Assembly (NCBI GenBank): GCA_947501605.1
Contig: CANMWZ010000041.1
Span: forward strand, 1 to 37,318
Length of the DNA: 37,318 nucleotides
Direction: 5' to 3'
Origin: Planctomycetota bacterium
GTDB taxonomy: Bacteria > Planctomycetota > UBA1135 > UBA2386
Part shown: positions 1-9,620 of the stretch, piece after piece
Layout: each line of letters starts with the position of its first letter
Position numbering within the stretch: the first letter of the stretch is position 1
Program-made: the position numbers and the translations under genes
Notes under the pieces: model-generated
The model's input: only the letters and a program-made list of their open reading frames with translations
The model's database searches: none
What the model was told of the DNA's origin: nothing

Positions 1-321
1 GGCCTCGACGTGCTGGCCGAAGCGGGCTTTGCCGGCATCTCGGTGATCGAGACGTCGAGCACGCCGCAGGATGCGCGCGTGCCGCGCGTGCCGATGACGA
101 CGGACCCCGTGCAATGGAAGCCCGTCGCCGTCCATCGCCCGTGGGCCGGCACGCTGCAGGAGATCGCGGCGCGCCTCGAGCGGGACGGCTATGCCGGGCT
201 GGAGCTGCACCACGAGATCATGGATGCAGAGGCGGCGGCGGGGCTGGACTTGCTGCTGGTCGGGCTGAAGGGTGTGGGGTTGCCGACGATGCTCGAAGTG
301 GCGCAGGCGCGGCGCGCGTAG
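1..321 (+). CDS. 3' end of a gene truncated by the window edge; possibly a SAM-dependent methyltransferase C-terminus
   Basis: Frame is open from base 1 to TAG at 319-321. 'LAEAGFAGISV' and the terminal 'LEVAQARR' resemble the last strands of class I methyltransferases. No SAM-binding motif is visible. Confidence 0.4.
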   Translation, partial: GLDVLAEAGFAGISVIETSSTPQDARVPRVPMTTDPVQWKPVAVHRPWAGTLQEIAARLERDGYAGLELHHEIMDAEAAAGLDLLLVGLKGVGLPTMLEVAQARRA

Positions 322-436
322 CGCGGCAGCAGATTTCCGGATCGGCTGTCCAGCTCACGCAGTTCCTGGCCATTGGAGAGGACCTCGACGCCACGCGGCA
401 CGGTTCCCTTGCCCCGCATCGACGACAGGATCCGCC

Positions 437-997
437 ATGAAGCTGCTCTCGTCCCTGGTTCGCTCTCTGACACTGGCTGCCGTCGTTGCGCCGCTCGTCG
501 CCCAGACGACCGGTGTCGCCGGCATGAACGACTACACCGTGAACGGGTCGACGCCGGGTTCGACGTCGTGCCCGCAAGTGTGCATCCCGACGCCCGGGAC
601 CATTTCGATGAGCGTCAACACGGCGCCAGGTGCCTTCGTCGTCATCATCTGGACCGACTGCCAGTGTCTCGGCTGCGCGATTCCGTGGGCGCCCAACAGT
701 TGCGTGCCAGTGATTCCGAACGGCACGGCCGCAGGGTGCACGACGACCAACCAGTCGATCGACTTCCTGCCGGCGCCGGGCTGCAACATCCTTTGGTCGG
801 GGACCGCCGTCGCCAATGCCGCGGGCCAGGCCACGATCGTGTTGACAGTGCCGTCGCTGGCCAACGGGACGGTGCCGTGCGGTCCGTTCAATCGGCTCAC
901 GACGCAGGCCATCGTGTTCGATCCGTGCGGCGTCGGTGGTGTCCCGATCGGTCCGGGGCCGTTCGTGCTGACGCAGGCATACGACGTCGGATTCTGA
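437..997 (+). CDS. Secreted Cys-rich hypothetical protein (186 aa)
   Basis: ATG at 437 preceded by AGGA; signal peptide MKLLSSLVRSLTLAAVVAPLVAQ; 10 Cys; beta-rich; host-like codon usage. Confidence 0.8.
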   Translation: MKLLSSLVRSLTLAAVVAPLVAQTTGVAGMNDYTVNGSTPGSTSCPQVCIPTPGTISMSVNTAPGAFVVIIWTDCQCLGCAIPWAPNSCVPVIPNGTAAGCTTTNQSIDFLPAPGCNILWSGTAVANAAGQATIVLTVPSLANGTVPCGPFNRLTTQAIVFDPCGVGGVPIGPGPFVLTQAYDVGF

Positions 998-1363
998 GTG
1001 GGTGGTTCGCGGCCGCGAGGCGTCTCCGGGGGGGCGACGCTTCGCGGCCCGGGCCGTTCTGGCCGTTCGGCACGTTGTGGCTCGACCCGCAACACTGGTG
1101 CTCGAGGCCTTGCGGATTGCTCCGCCGGACGAAGAGCGCGTCGAGCTGCTCACACCGATCCCCGACCTCGCGGTCTGAAGGGCGTCGCGACCATCCGCAC
1201 TCTGTGACCGGTGAGGATCGTCAACCGCGCAGTCCCAGAAACCGGCAGCACGGAGACAGGCGCGACCCCGCCGACCGGCCGCCCTTTCCCTTGCGCAGCC
1301 CGCCCGTTCCCAATACTCCGGAGCCCCCGAGAACGCGATTTGACGGCGTTTCGGACCTTCGCC

Positions 1364-2395
<1,032 letters not shown>

Positions 2396-2417
2396 GTGGG
2401 CGGCGGGGGTGAGGGGC

Positions 2418-2759
2418 TCAGCGCCGTCGCTTGCAGTCGCGCCGTTCGTCATCCTCCCCCGCGAAGAACGACTGCACCGGGCAGGTCAGCGCATCGAGGC
2501 CGATCGCGATCGGCGTCAGCAGCAAGCGCCCGAGGAACAGGTCCCACGTCCACTCGGTGTCGTCGTCGTCGCACTCGCGCCCGAACTCGCCGGTTCCCTC
2601 ATCGCGTCCTCGATCCGAGTCGAGGCCCCAAAGACTCATCGTGAAGCAACTCTGCAGCAGGAAGCAGCAGAGCAGCATCGCGAGCGACGCGCAGCGCTTC
2701 TGCGATCGAACACGGCACTGCTGTGCGAACAGCGACGACGAACGGCGAGTCGAGATCAC
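2418..2759 (-). CDS. Small putative lipoprotein / membrane protein (~113 aa)
   Basis: GGAGG upstream of GTG at 2759; hydrophobic stretch ending in lipobox-like LQSC; C-terminal 'LLLTPIAIGLDALTCP' hydrophobic segment. Confidence 0.6.
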   Translation of the reverse strand: MISTRRSSSLFAQQCRVRSQKRCASLAMLLCCFLLQSCFTMSLWGLDSDRGRDEGTGEFGRECDDDDTEWTWDLFLGRLLLTPIAIGLDALTCPVQSFFAGEDDERRDCKRRR

Positions 2760-2915
2760 GGCTTCTTCCTCCACGGCGTACGCGAAAGGGGTGCCGCAGC
2801 GGGCCTCGAACCGCAGTGTTGCCGTGGCATCGGACTTATCTGAACCGCGCCGGGCCCTTTCGGCGTAAGAGGTGCGTGCCGTGTGCCCGTGCGGTGCGCG
2901 CGAGCCGCACCGTCG

Positions 2916-4142
2916 ATGCCCGACCACCCACGGACCCAGAACCCCAGCGACGAGGCGGCGACGAAGCCGCACCAGCAGAGGCGCGTCGGGATGGTGTTGA
3001 CGACCATGGGGTTCGGCGGTGTGCCGGAGGTCGTGTTCCAGCTGATGCGCAACTTGCCGCGCGATCGCTACGCCACGTCGCTGTGCGTGCTGAAGCGCGA
3101 GGCCGATGCGGACAACGTCTGCGACCAACGGCGCGATCGCTTCGCCGAGCTCGGGTTCGACGTGCACTACGCCGCGGAATCGTCGCGCAAGCTCGAGACC
3201 GTCGCCTCGGTCGCGCAGTGGATCGAGGACCAGGAGCTCGATGTGCTGCACACGCATTCGAACCGCCCCAACGTGATCGGCCGCATGGCCGGCACGCTCT
3301 GTCGCAGCAGTGGCCTGCGCATCGTCGCGCACTACCACAATCAGTACGACGACAAGTGGGAACGCGATCCGGCGATGCTCGCGTTCGAACGACGGCTCGC
3401 CCACACCACGGATGCGATGATCGCGGTGTCGGAGTCCGTGCGTCAGCACGTGGCGGCCAACATCGGCGTGCCGAGTTCGCGGCTCGATGTCATCGGCAAC
3501 GGCGTCGATGCTGCGGCGTTCGCCAGTGGCGATCGCTCGTCGGCGCGCGCGGTCCTCGGCGTCGACGACGGTCTGCTGCTCGTCGGTCTCGTCGGTCGCA
3601 TCACCGAGCAGAAGGGGCAAGAAGACTTCGTCGCCGCCGCGCTGCGACTGTGTGCTGTTCGCGGTGACGTGCAGTTCTGGATGGTCGGGTTCGCCGAGGA
3701 TCACGCGCTGCACCAACGGCTACTGCAAGTGGTCACCGATGCCGGCATGGCCGCGCGCATTCGATTTCTCGGCAACCGCGACGACATGGCCCGCATCTAC
3801 GCCGCGCTCGACCTGGTCGTGGCGCCGTCGCGCTGGGAGGGGTTCGGCATCATGCTGATCGAAGCAATGGCTGCTGGTCGCGCGATCGTGGCGTCTGACA
3901 CTGGCGCGATCCCCGAGATCGTGCGCGACGGCGAGACGGCGGTGCTGGTCCCGCCGCGCGACGTCGACGCGCTCGTCGCCGCGATGGACGCGTTGCTGCG
4001 TGATCCAGCGCGGCGCGCGCTGCTCGGTGCCGCGGGTCGACGCCGGGGTCGCGAGTTCGGTTGGGGTGCCGTCACCGAGAAGGTCGCTGCGGTCTACGAG
4101 CGCATCCTGCGCCTCCCGATCGCGAACCAGGCGGCTCAGTAG
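2916..4142 (+). CDS. Glycosyltransferase family 4 (GT-B fold)
   Basis: GFGG N-terminal loop, VGRITEQKG, PSRWEGFGIMLIEAMAAG (EX7E). Start uncertain (2916 or 2991). Confidence 0.92.
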   Translation: MPDHPRTQNPSDEAATKPHQQRRVGMVLTTMGFGGVPEVVFQLMRNLPRDRYATSLCVLKREADADNVCDQRRDRFAELGFDVHYAAESSRKLETVASVAQWIEDQELDVLHTHSNRPNVIGRMAGTLCRSSGLRIVAHYHNQYDDKWERDPAMLAFERRLAHTTDAMIAVSESVRQHVAANIGVPSSRLDVIGNGVDAAAFASGDRSSARAVLGVDDGLLLVGLVGRITEQKGQEDFVAAALRLCAVRGDVQFWMVGFAEDHALHQRLLQVVTDAGMAARIRFLGNRDDMARIYAALDLVVAPSRWEGFGIMLIEAMAAGRAIVASDTGAIPEIVRDGETAVLVPPRDVDALVAAMDALLRDPARRALLGAAGRRRGREFGWGAVTEKVAAVYERILRLPIANQAAQ

Positions 4143-5179
4143 CCAGCGGATCGATCGACGACGTTCTGCAGCTCCTCGCCTTTGCCGAAGCGGCGAAGGT
4201 TATCGAGCAGCATCGCGTAGCCGCGTTCGTCCGAGAGTTGGCCGTCACTCGCGACATGCGGTGTGATCACCACGTTGTGCATCGCCCACAGCGGGCTCGA
4301 AGCCGGCAGCGGTTCGGGCTCGGTGACGTCGAGGCAGGCGCCGGCCAGGTGCCCGCTGCGAAGGGCTGCCACCAGCGCGTCGGTGTCGGCGATCTTGCCG
4401 CGCGCGATGTTGACGAAGTACGAGCCCGGCTTCATCGCGGCGAAGGCGCGCGCGTCGAACAGGTTCTCTGTTGCCTTCGTCAGCGGCGCGCAGACGACGA
4501 CCACGTCGGCTTCGGGCAGCATGGCAACAAGGTCGTCGGGTTGGCCGATGCGAGCGATCCACTCGGGCGATGGCGCATCGGTGCGCCGCGTCGCCAGGAC
4601 GCGCATGCCAAAGCCGTGCGCCCGAACCGCGACCTCGCTGCCGATGCCGCCGAGGCCGACGACCAGCAAGGTCATCTCTTGCAGTGCTCGCGGCCTGCGC
4701 CCTGAGTCCTGGGGGTCCCAGATGGCGGCGGCTTGTTGTTCGCTGCGGTGACGCAGGTCGCGAACGAGCGAAAGCAGCATCGCGAACACGTGGTCGGCGA
4801 TGCAGGGGCCGTGAGCGCCGCGCAGATTGGTGAGCACGACGCGGTTGTTGCCGACAAACACGGGATCCGCCATGTAGCGGTCGACGCCGGCGCTCATCGC
4901 CTGCACCCAACGCAGTTTGGTTGCTTTGGCGAGGAACGCAGGCGTCAGAAGTCGACCGTCGGCGGCGTCAGCCTCGGCCGCGCGCAGAAGTGCCTGTTCG
5001 GGTGTGAGTCCGGCGAGGACCGTGACGCCAGGCGCCGTGCGCTGCGCGGCGGCGATCACGTCTTTGGGCAGCGTGCCAGCCAGATAGACCAGGGTCGCTG
5101 ACGAGCTCGGTGGCGGCGACGTGCACGCAGAAGTCAGCGACAACGCTGCCGCGAGCAGGAGAAGGGCGAAGACGCGCAT
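4136..5179 (-). CDS. D-2-hydroxyacid dehydrogenase family protein with N-terminal lipoprotein signal
   Basis: GLGGIG Rossmann motif, NIARG, LDVTEPEP, TPHV (R/E/H catalytic residues). N-terminus MRVFALLLLAAALSLTSAC from ATG 5179. Confidence 0.9.
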   Translation of the reverse strand: MRVFALLLLAAALSLTSACTSPPPSSSATLVYLAGTLPKDVIAAAQRTAPGVTVLAGLTPEQALLRAAEADAADGRLLTPAFLAKATKLRWVQAMSAGVDRYMADPVFVGNNRVVLTNLRGAHGPCIADHVFAMLLSLVRDLRHRSEQQAAAIWDPQDSGRRPRALQEMTLLVVGLGGIGSEVAVRAHGFGMRVLATRRTDAPSPEWIARIGQPDDLVAMLPEADVVVVCAPLTKATENLFDARAFAAMKPGSYFVNIARGKIADTDALVAALRSGHLAGACLDVTEPEPLPASSPLWAMHNVVITPHVASDGQLSDERGYAMLLDNLRRFGKGEELQNVVDRSAGY

Positions 5180-5540
5180 TCGGCAAGCTTCCAGGCTGCG
5201 GTCTGGTTCGTGCAAGCGGTCGTTTGTCGGCCCAGAAGTCGTTTCACGAAGCGCCAACTCGCCGCGGCATCTGTGGACTCCGCTGCGAACTCACTCCTTG
5301 CCCCCGACGTGCGTTGTTCGTCCGCGCTTGCAGGCCAAGGGTGAAGCCACTTCTGGCGACCATGGCTGCATGCATCCCGTCGGCGCGACCATCCGCTGCG
5401 CCGATCTCGGCGGCGTGCCGATGGCGAGAAGCGCCGGATCGGGCCCGTGATGCAAGGGGCCACGGTCGCTGCAATCTTCGTGCACCAGGATGGCAACGGC
5501 GCGACGTCTTGTCGGCAAGCAGCTACGGTCTCTGGTCGCC

Positions 5541-6776
5541 ATGTTGCATCCCGAGCACTGCTTGTCGTCTGCCGTCGTCGTTCTGTTGTCGCTACCTGGT
5601 TTGCTGCTCGCGCAGACACCGACGGCACCGCCGCCGGTGGACACGCCTGCAGCCACCGAACCAGCGAAGACCGAATCGACGTCAACCAAGAGCGACCCTG
5701 CTCTGCTGATCGGCAAGCCGCCGCCAGCGATCCACGTGGCCAAGTGGCTGAAGGGCGAACCGTTGACGATGCTGGAGCCTGGCAAGGTGTGGGTCATCGA
5801 CTTCTGGGCGACCTGGTGTGGCCCATGCAAAGCGGCGATCCCGCACCTGACCAAACTCGCGCGCGAGCACGCGGGCAAGATCGAGGTCGTCGGCATCAGC
5901 ATCTCCGAGCGTCAGAAGGACCCGACCGACACCGCCTACATCGAGCTCGTGCAGCAGTTCGTCGACAAACAAGGCGAACGCATGGACTACCGCGTCGCCG
6001 TCGACACTGCGGACAAGCAAATGCACGCGACTTGGTTCAAGCCGACCGGCACCGGCGGTATCCCCACCGCGTGGATCATCGGTCAGGATGGGTTGGTGGC
6101 GTGGACGGGGATCGGCAGCCCCGCGGTCATCGAGCGCATCGTCACCGCATTGCTCGAGGGCAGCTTTGACCCCAAGGTGGAGGCCCAGCAGCAACACGAG
6201 CAGGAGGCGTCGGCAAAGCTACGCGCCGAGGCGGATGCCAAGAAGGCTCGCGCGAACAGCAAGGGCGCGGACGACAAGCTCCCGGGCTATGGCGATGCCA
6301 TGCAACGCGGCGATCTGGCGGCGGCGCTCGCGGCGCTCGAAGCTGCCTTTGCCGCGGACCCTGGTCTCGAAGCGAGTGCCTATCAGCAGAAGTTCATGTT
6401 GCTGATGCAGCGGAACAAGCCAGAGGAAGTGAATGCCTACGTGCGCCAGATCTTGGCGAAGCACAAAGGCAACGACGACATGATCAGCTTTGCATCGGCG
6501 TGCATTGTTGGCTGCGACGAGGAGACGCCGCGGTTTGATCCGACGCTTGCGCTGCAGGCGGCGCAGAAGTCGCTGGCGGCGGCAAAGGACAACAGCCGGT
6601 GGCAGCAGTTCGCGCGGTGGCGCTATGGCTGGGCGCTCTACCACACCGGCGACAAGGGAAAGGCGATCGACCAGGTCAAGGCCGCCCGAGAAGCGATCGC
6701 CGCGTTGAAGGCCGAGATCGACTTCGAAGACCTCGACATGCACTGCGAGGACGCGTTGCGCGTCTTCCAGAAGTAG
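5541..6776 (+). CDS. Exported TlpA-type thioredoxin / disulfide reductase with helical (TPR-like) C-terminus
   Basis: DFWATWCGPC active site, GIP cis-Pro loop, signal-like N-terminus. Start uncertain (5490 or 5541). Confidence 0.88.
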   Translation: MLHPEHCLSSAVVVLLSLPGLLLAQTPTAPPPVDTPAATEPAKTESTSTKSDPALLIGKPPPAIHVAKWLKGEPLTMLEPGKVWVIDFWATWCGPCKAAIPHLTKLAREHAGKIEVVGISISERQKDPTDTAYIELVQQFVDKQGERMDYRVAVDTADKQMHATWFKPTGTGGIPTAWIIGQDGLVAWTGIGSPAVIERIVTALLEGSFDPKVEAQQQHEQEASAKLRAEADAKKARANSKGADDKLPGYGDAMQRGDLAAALAALEAAFAADPGLEASAYQQKFMLLMQRNKPEEVNAYVRQILAKHKGNDDMISFASACIVGCDEETPRFDPTLALQAAQKSLAAAKDNSRWQQFARWRYGWALYHTGDKGKAIDQVKAAREAIAALKAEIDFEDLDMHCEDALRVFQK

Positions 6777-6919
6777 CTCGCGGCGAGTTGCGCGGGTGTT
6801 GGCGGCGGCGCCAACGGTTCATGGTCGTGGTCGATGGCGTCCACATTCGTGCCATCGTGGTGGATCCTGCGCGTGGCAACTGCACGATGTCGCGCCAACT
6901 CTTCAGGATCAGAACAGCC

Positions 6920-7483
6920 ATGCACATGCAGAAGCCCACCAAGTTCCACAAGAAGCTAGAAGCCCTGGTCGGTCAGTGGTCAGGCGATGAAGTGATGTAC
7001 CCCTCGCCGATGAACCCCGAGGGCAGCATGACGACGGGCACCTACACCTCGCGCTGGGTCACCGACGGCTTTGCAGTCGTGCAGGAGTACGAGCAGCGGA
7101 CCGATGGCGAACTGACGTTCTCTGGCCACGGCATCTTCACCTACGACCCAAGCGAGAAGTGCTACCTCTGGTACTGGTTTGACTCGATGGGCAGCGTGCC
7201 GCACACCGGTACGAAGGGTCAGTGGAGCGGCAACAAGGTCGTGTGGCTGAGCCAGAGCCCGATGGGCCATGCTCGCTACACGCACGCGTTCGCCCGCAGT
7301 GGCGCTTGTGCGTTCACGATCGAGTATTCCGAAGACGGCAAGAAGTGGGGGCTGATGATGGAGGGTCACTACTCCAAGTCGAGCGGCACCAAGACGGCAG
7401 CAAAGCCAGCGAAGAAGGCGGCCAAGAAGGCTGCGAAGAAGCCCGCGGCAAAGAAGCCAAGCAAGAAGACCGGCAAGAAGTGA
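6920..7483 (+). CDS. DUF1579-like beta-barrel protein with Lys/Ala-rich tail
   Basis: H-x-x-L-x-x-LVGQWSG, F-S-G-H-G-IFTYD and W-F-DSMG patterns; C-terminal AAKK/PAKK repeats. Confidence 0.75.
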   Translation: MHMQKPTKFHKKLEALVGQWSGDEVMYPSPMNPEGSMTTGTYTSRWVTDGFAVVQEYEQRTDGELTFSGHGIFTYDPSEKCYLWYWFDSMGSVPHTGTKGQWSGNKVVWLSQSPMGHARYTHAFARSGACAFTIEYSEDGKKWGLMMEGHYSKSSGTKTAAKPAKKAAKKAAKKPAAKKPSKKTGKK

Positions 7484-7485
7484 GT

Positions 7486-7508
7486 GCGGCGCCGCGGCGC
7501 TGCGCCGC
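7486..7508. terminator. GC-rich hairpin between convergent genes (possible terminator)
   Basis: GCGGCGC-N9-GCGCCGC inverted repeat between stops at 7483 (+) and 7515 (-); no U-tract. Confidence 0.25.
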
Positions 7509-7514
7509 TGGCTG

Positions 7515-8255
7515 CTAGCTGGGATCGAGACCGCGCTTCTTCTGCAACTCGGCAAAGAAGGCGTCCATCGTCAGCCCTCGTCCCGGCTTGCTCGGCGGCT
7601 TCTGTGCCGCCGATTCGTCGCGCGTAGCCTCGCCAGCGAGCGGCCATTCCTGGAAACCGGCAAGGCGCCGCGGCGGCTGCCCGCCGGCACGCAGTTGCCG
7701 TACTTCGAGCGCACCGTCTGCGATCGCGAGCACGACTTCGCGGGTCGTGCCGCGGCACAGCAGGATCGCCTCGTACGGCACGGGCCCGAGGTCCGCGGCC
7801 ACGCGAGCGAGCACTTCGCCGGTAGGGATGTCCCAGCCGGACAGGTCGAGGCACGCGCGCTGGGCACGACCCCACGCGAGCCACGGTCCGGTGTCGAACA
7901 GGCCGAAGGCGGCCTTGGGCATGACAAACGGTGGGATCGCGCCGCAGTTGGTGGTGACGTGCGCAAGGAAGCGATCTGGCGCGCGCACGTCGTGGCGTTC
8001 GATGTAGTGGACGAGTCCGTCTGGCCACACAAACGTGCCGTCGGTCAGATCGGCCCGGCCCATGTCGGGCTCGCCGCAGGCAAATCGACAATGCGACGGT
8101 TCGGGATAGCGCACGAGGACCTTGCCCGCGCGCAAGTAGCTCGCAACGGCTGCTCGCGCCGTGGCCGTCATGCCGCCGAGCAGAAGCTGCGGGCGCGGCA
8201 GACCGGTGGGCGCATCGTCGTTGAACCACCAACCGAGGACTTCGAGGCGCTTCAT
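7515..8255 (-). CDS. Hypothetical protein with Cys/His motif
   Basis: ATG start, host-like codon usage; SHCRFACG...DLTDGTFVWPDGLVHYIERH motif. Confidence 0.75.
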   Translation of the reverse strand: MKRLEVLGWWFNDDAPTGLPRPQLLLGGMTATARAAVASYLRAGKVLVRYPEPSHCRFACGEPDMGRADLTDGTFVWPDGLVHYIERHDVRAPDRFLAHVTTNCGAIPPFVMPKAAFGLFDTGPWLAWGRAQRACLDLSGWDIPTGEVLARVAADLGPVPYEAILLCRGTTREVVLAIADGALEVRQLRAGGQPPRRLAGFQEWPLAGEATRDESAAQKPPSKPGRGLTMDAFFAELQKKRGLDPS

Positions 8256-8359
8256 GGTGGTGGGCGATAGAGCCTAGAAGGCGAGGCCCAAAGCGCCAGC
8301 AGCTAGCAGCCGGCACGTCGGCCGACGGCTGCTTCGCATCAAGGCGCCCAGGACTTCGC

Positions 8360-9259
8360 CTACCGCTGCCAGTCCGGAACACTGCGTCGAAGCGTGTAGG
8401 CGTGGGGATCGGCTTGGATGCGCTCGAGGTCGATGCGCAGGGCCGTTCGCCACCACGGATCGTCGAGCGCCACGAGACGTCCCGACAGCGGTGCGCTGCA
8501 TTCGGACAAGAGCCACAACGCCAACTCCGCCGCGTCTTCCGGCCGGTGGTTGTGTGCGCGCATCGGGTGCGGCTCGCCACGAGCGCGCTCTTCGGCCTCG
8601 ACGCGCGCCAGATCGTGCTCGTTCCACACCATGCCAGGCTGAATGCAGTTCACCCGCACACCGTCCGACAGCAGTTCGAAGGCGAGCTGGTCGGTCAGAC
8701 GGCACAGCGCTGCCTTGGCAACTGCGTAGGCGGTGTGGTGCGCCGAGGTCTCTGGAAACCAGGCGCCGCCGCCGGAGCAGAAGAGGACCGAGCCGCGATT
8801 GCGCCGAAGCTCGGGCAGCGAGGCTCGTGCGGATCGCGCGCTGGCGAACACGTTGTTGCGCACGATCGCTTCCCAGTCGCCGGCGGATTGGGTGTCGATG
8901 GGATCGTCGGCGCCGCCACCACCGGCGAAGCACGCGAGGTGATCGACGCTGGCAAAGTTCTGCAGTGCGAACGCTACGAGTGCCTCCGCCTGCCCATCGT
9001 GGGCGAGGTCGCCCTCGCGGCAGCAAAGCCGCGGACTCGCGGCGGGCAAGGACTCTTGCTGCAAGATCCAAGAGCGCGCGTCCTCGAGTCGGCGGCGGTC
9101 GCGGCCACCGAGCACGACGTTGCCGCCGGCGCGTAGATAGGCGCGGGCCACGGCACGGCCGATGTTGCGACTTCCACCGGTGACGATGGCGCAGCGGTCG
9201 AAGAAGGCGGGGGTGGACCGGGGATCAACGCTGGAAGTCGACACAGGCACTGAGGGCAA
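8360..9259 (-). CDS. SDR family oxidoreductase
   Basis: TGGSRNIG (TGxxxxIG), YAVAK (YxxxK), VRVNCIQPG. Start uncertain. Confidence 0.9.
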   Translation of the reverse strand: MPSVPVSTSSVDPRSTPAFFDRCAIVTGGSRNIGRAVARAYLRAGGNVVLGGRDRRRLEDARSWILQQESLPAASPRLCCREGDLAHDGQAEALVAFALQNFASVDHLACFAGGGGADDPIDTQSAGDWEAIVRNNVFASARSARASLPELRRNRGSVLFCSGGGAWFPETSAHHTAYAVAKAALCRLTDQLAFELLSDGVRVNCIQPGMVWNEHDLARVEAEERARGEPHPMRAHNHRPEDAAELALWLLSECSAPLSGRLVALDDPWWRTALRIDLERIQADPHAYTLRRSVPDWQR

Positions 9260-9620
9260 GTCGGACGCAGGGACCAGGGCCGAACCAAAGGCGTGCAGGC
9301 GGTTGCGAGAGTGGGCGCGCGCCCTGCGATCGAGGCCCCAATGCGGTCTCGTTCGCGTGGCTCAGCACACGGACCATCCGAGCGCTCAGTCGGATGGTAG
9401 TCCGCACTGATGTTGGCGTGAAGCAGCGGGGTCCGAGTCGTGCCAGAGAGTGGGATGCGACGCGGTGAACCAGCGCTCCATCGCGGCGTAGCAGGCCCCT
9501 GCGGCGCCATTCGCGTCGTGCTCTCTGGTTGCGCGCGCGTCGCCGTGCCACCATCCTTGGCGAAGCGACTCTCTCGATACGCGCTCTGATCAGCGACTCA
9601 GGCGCCATCACGAACCACCG

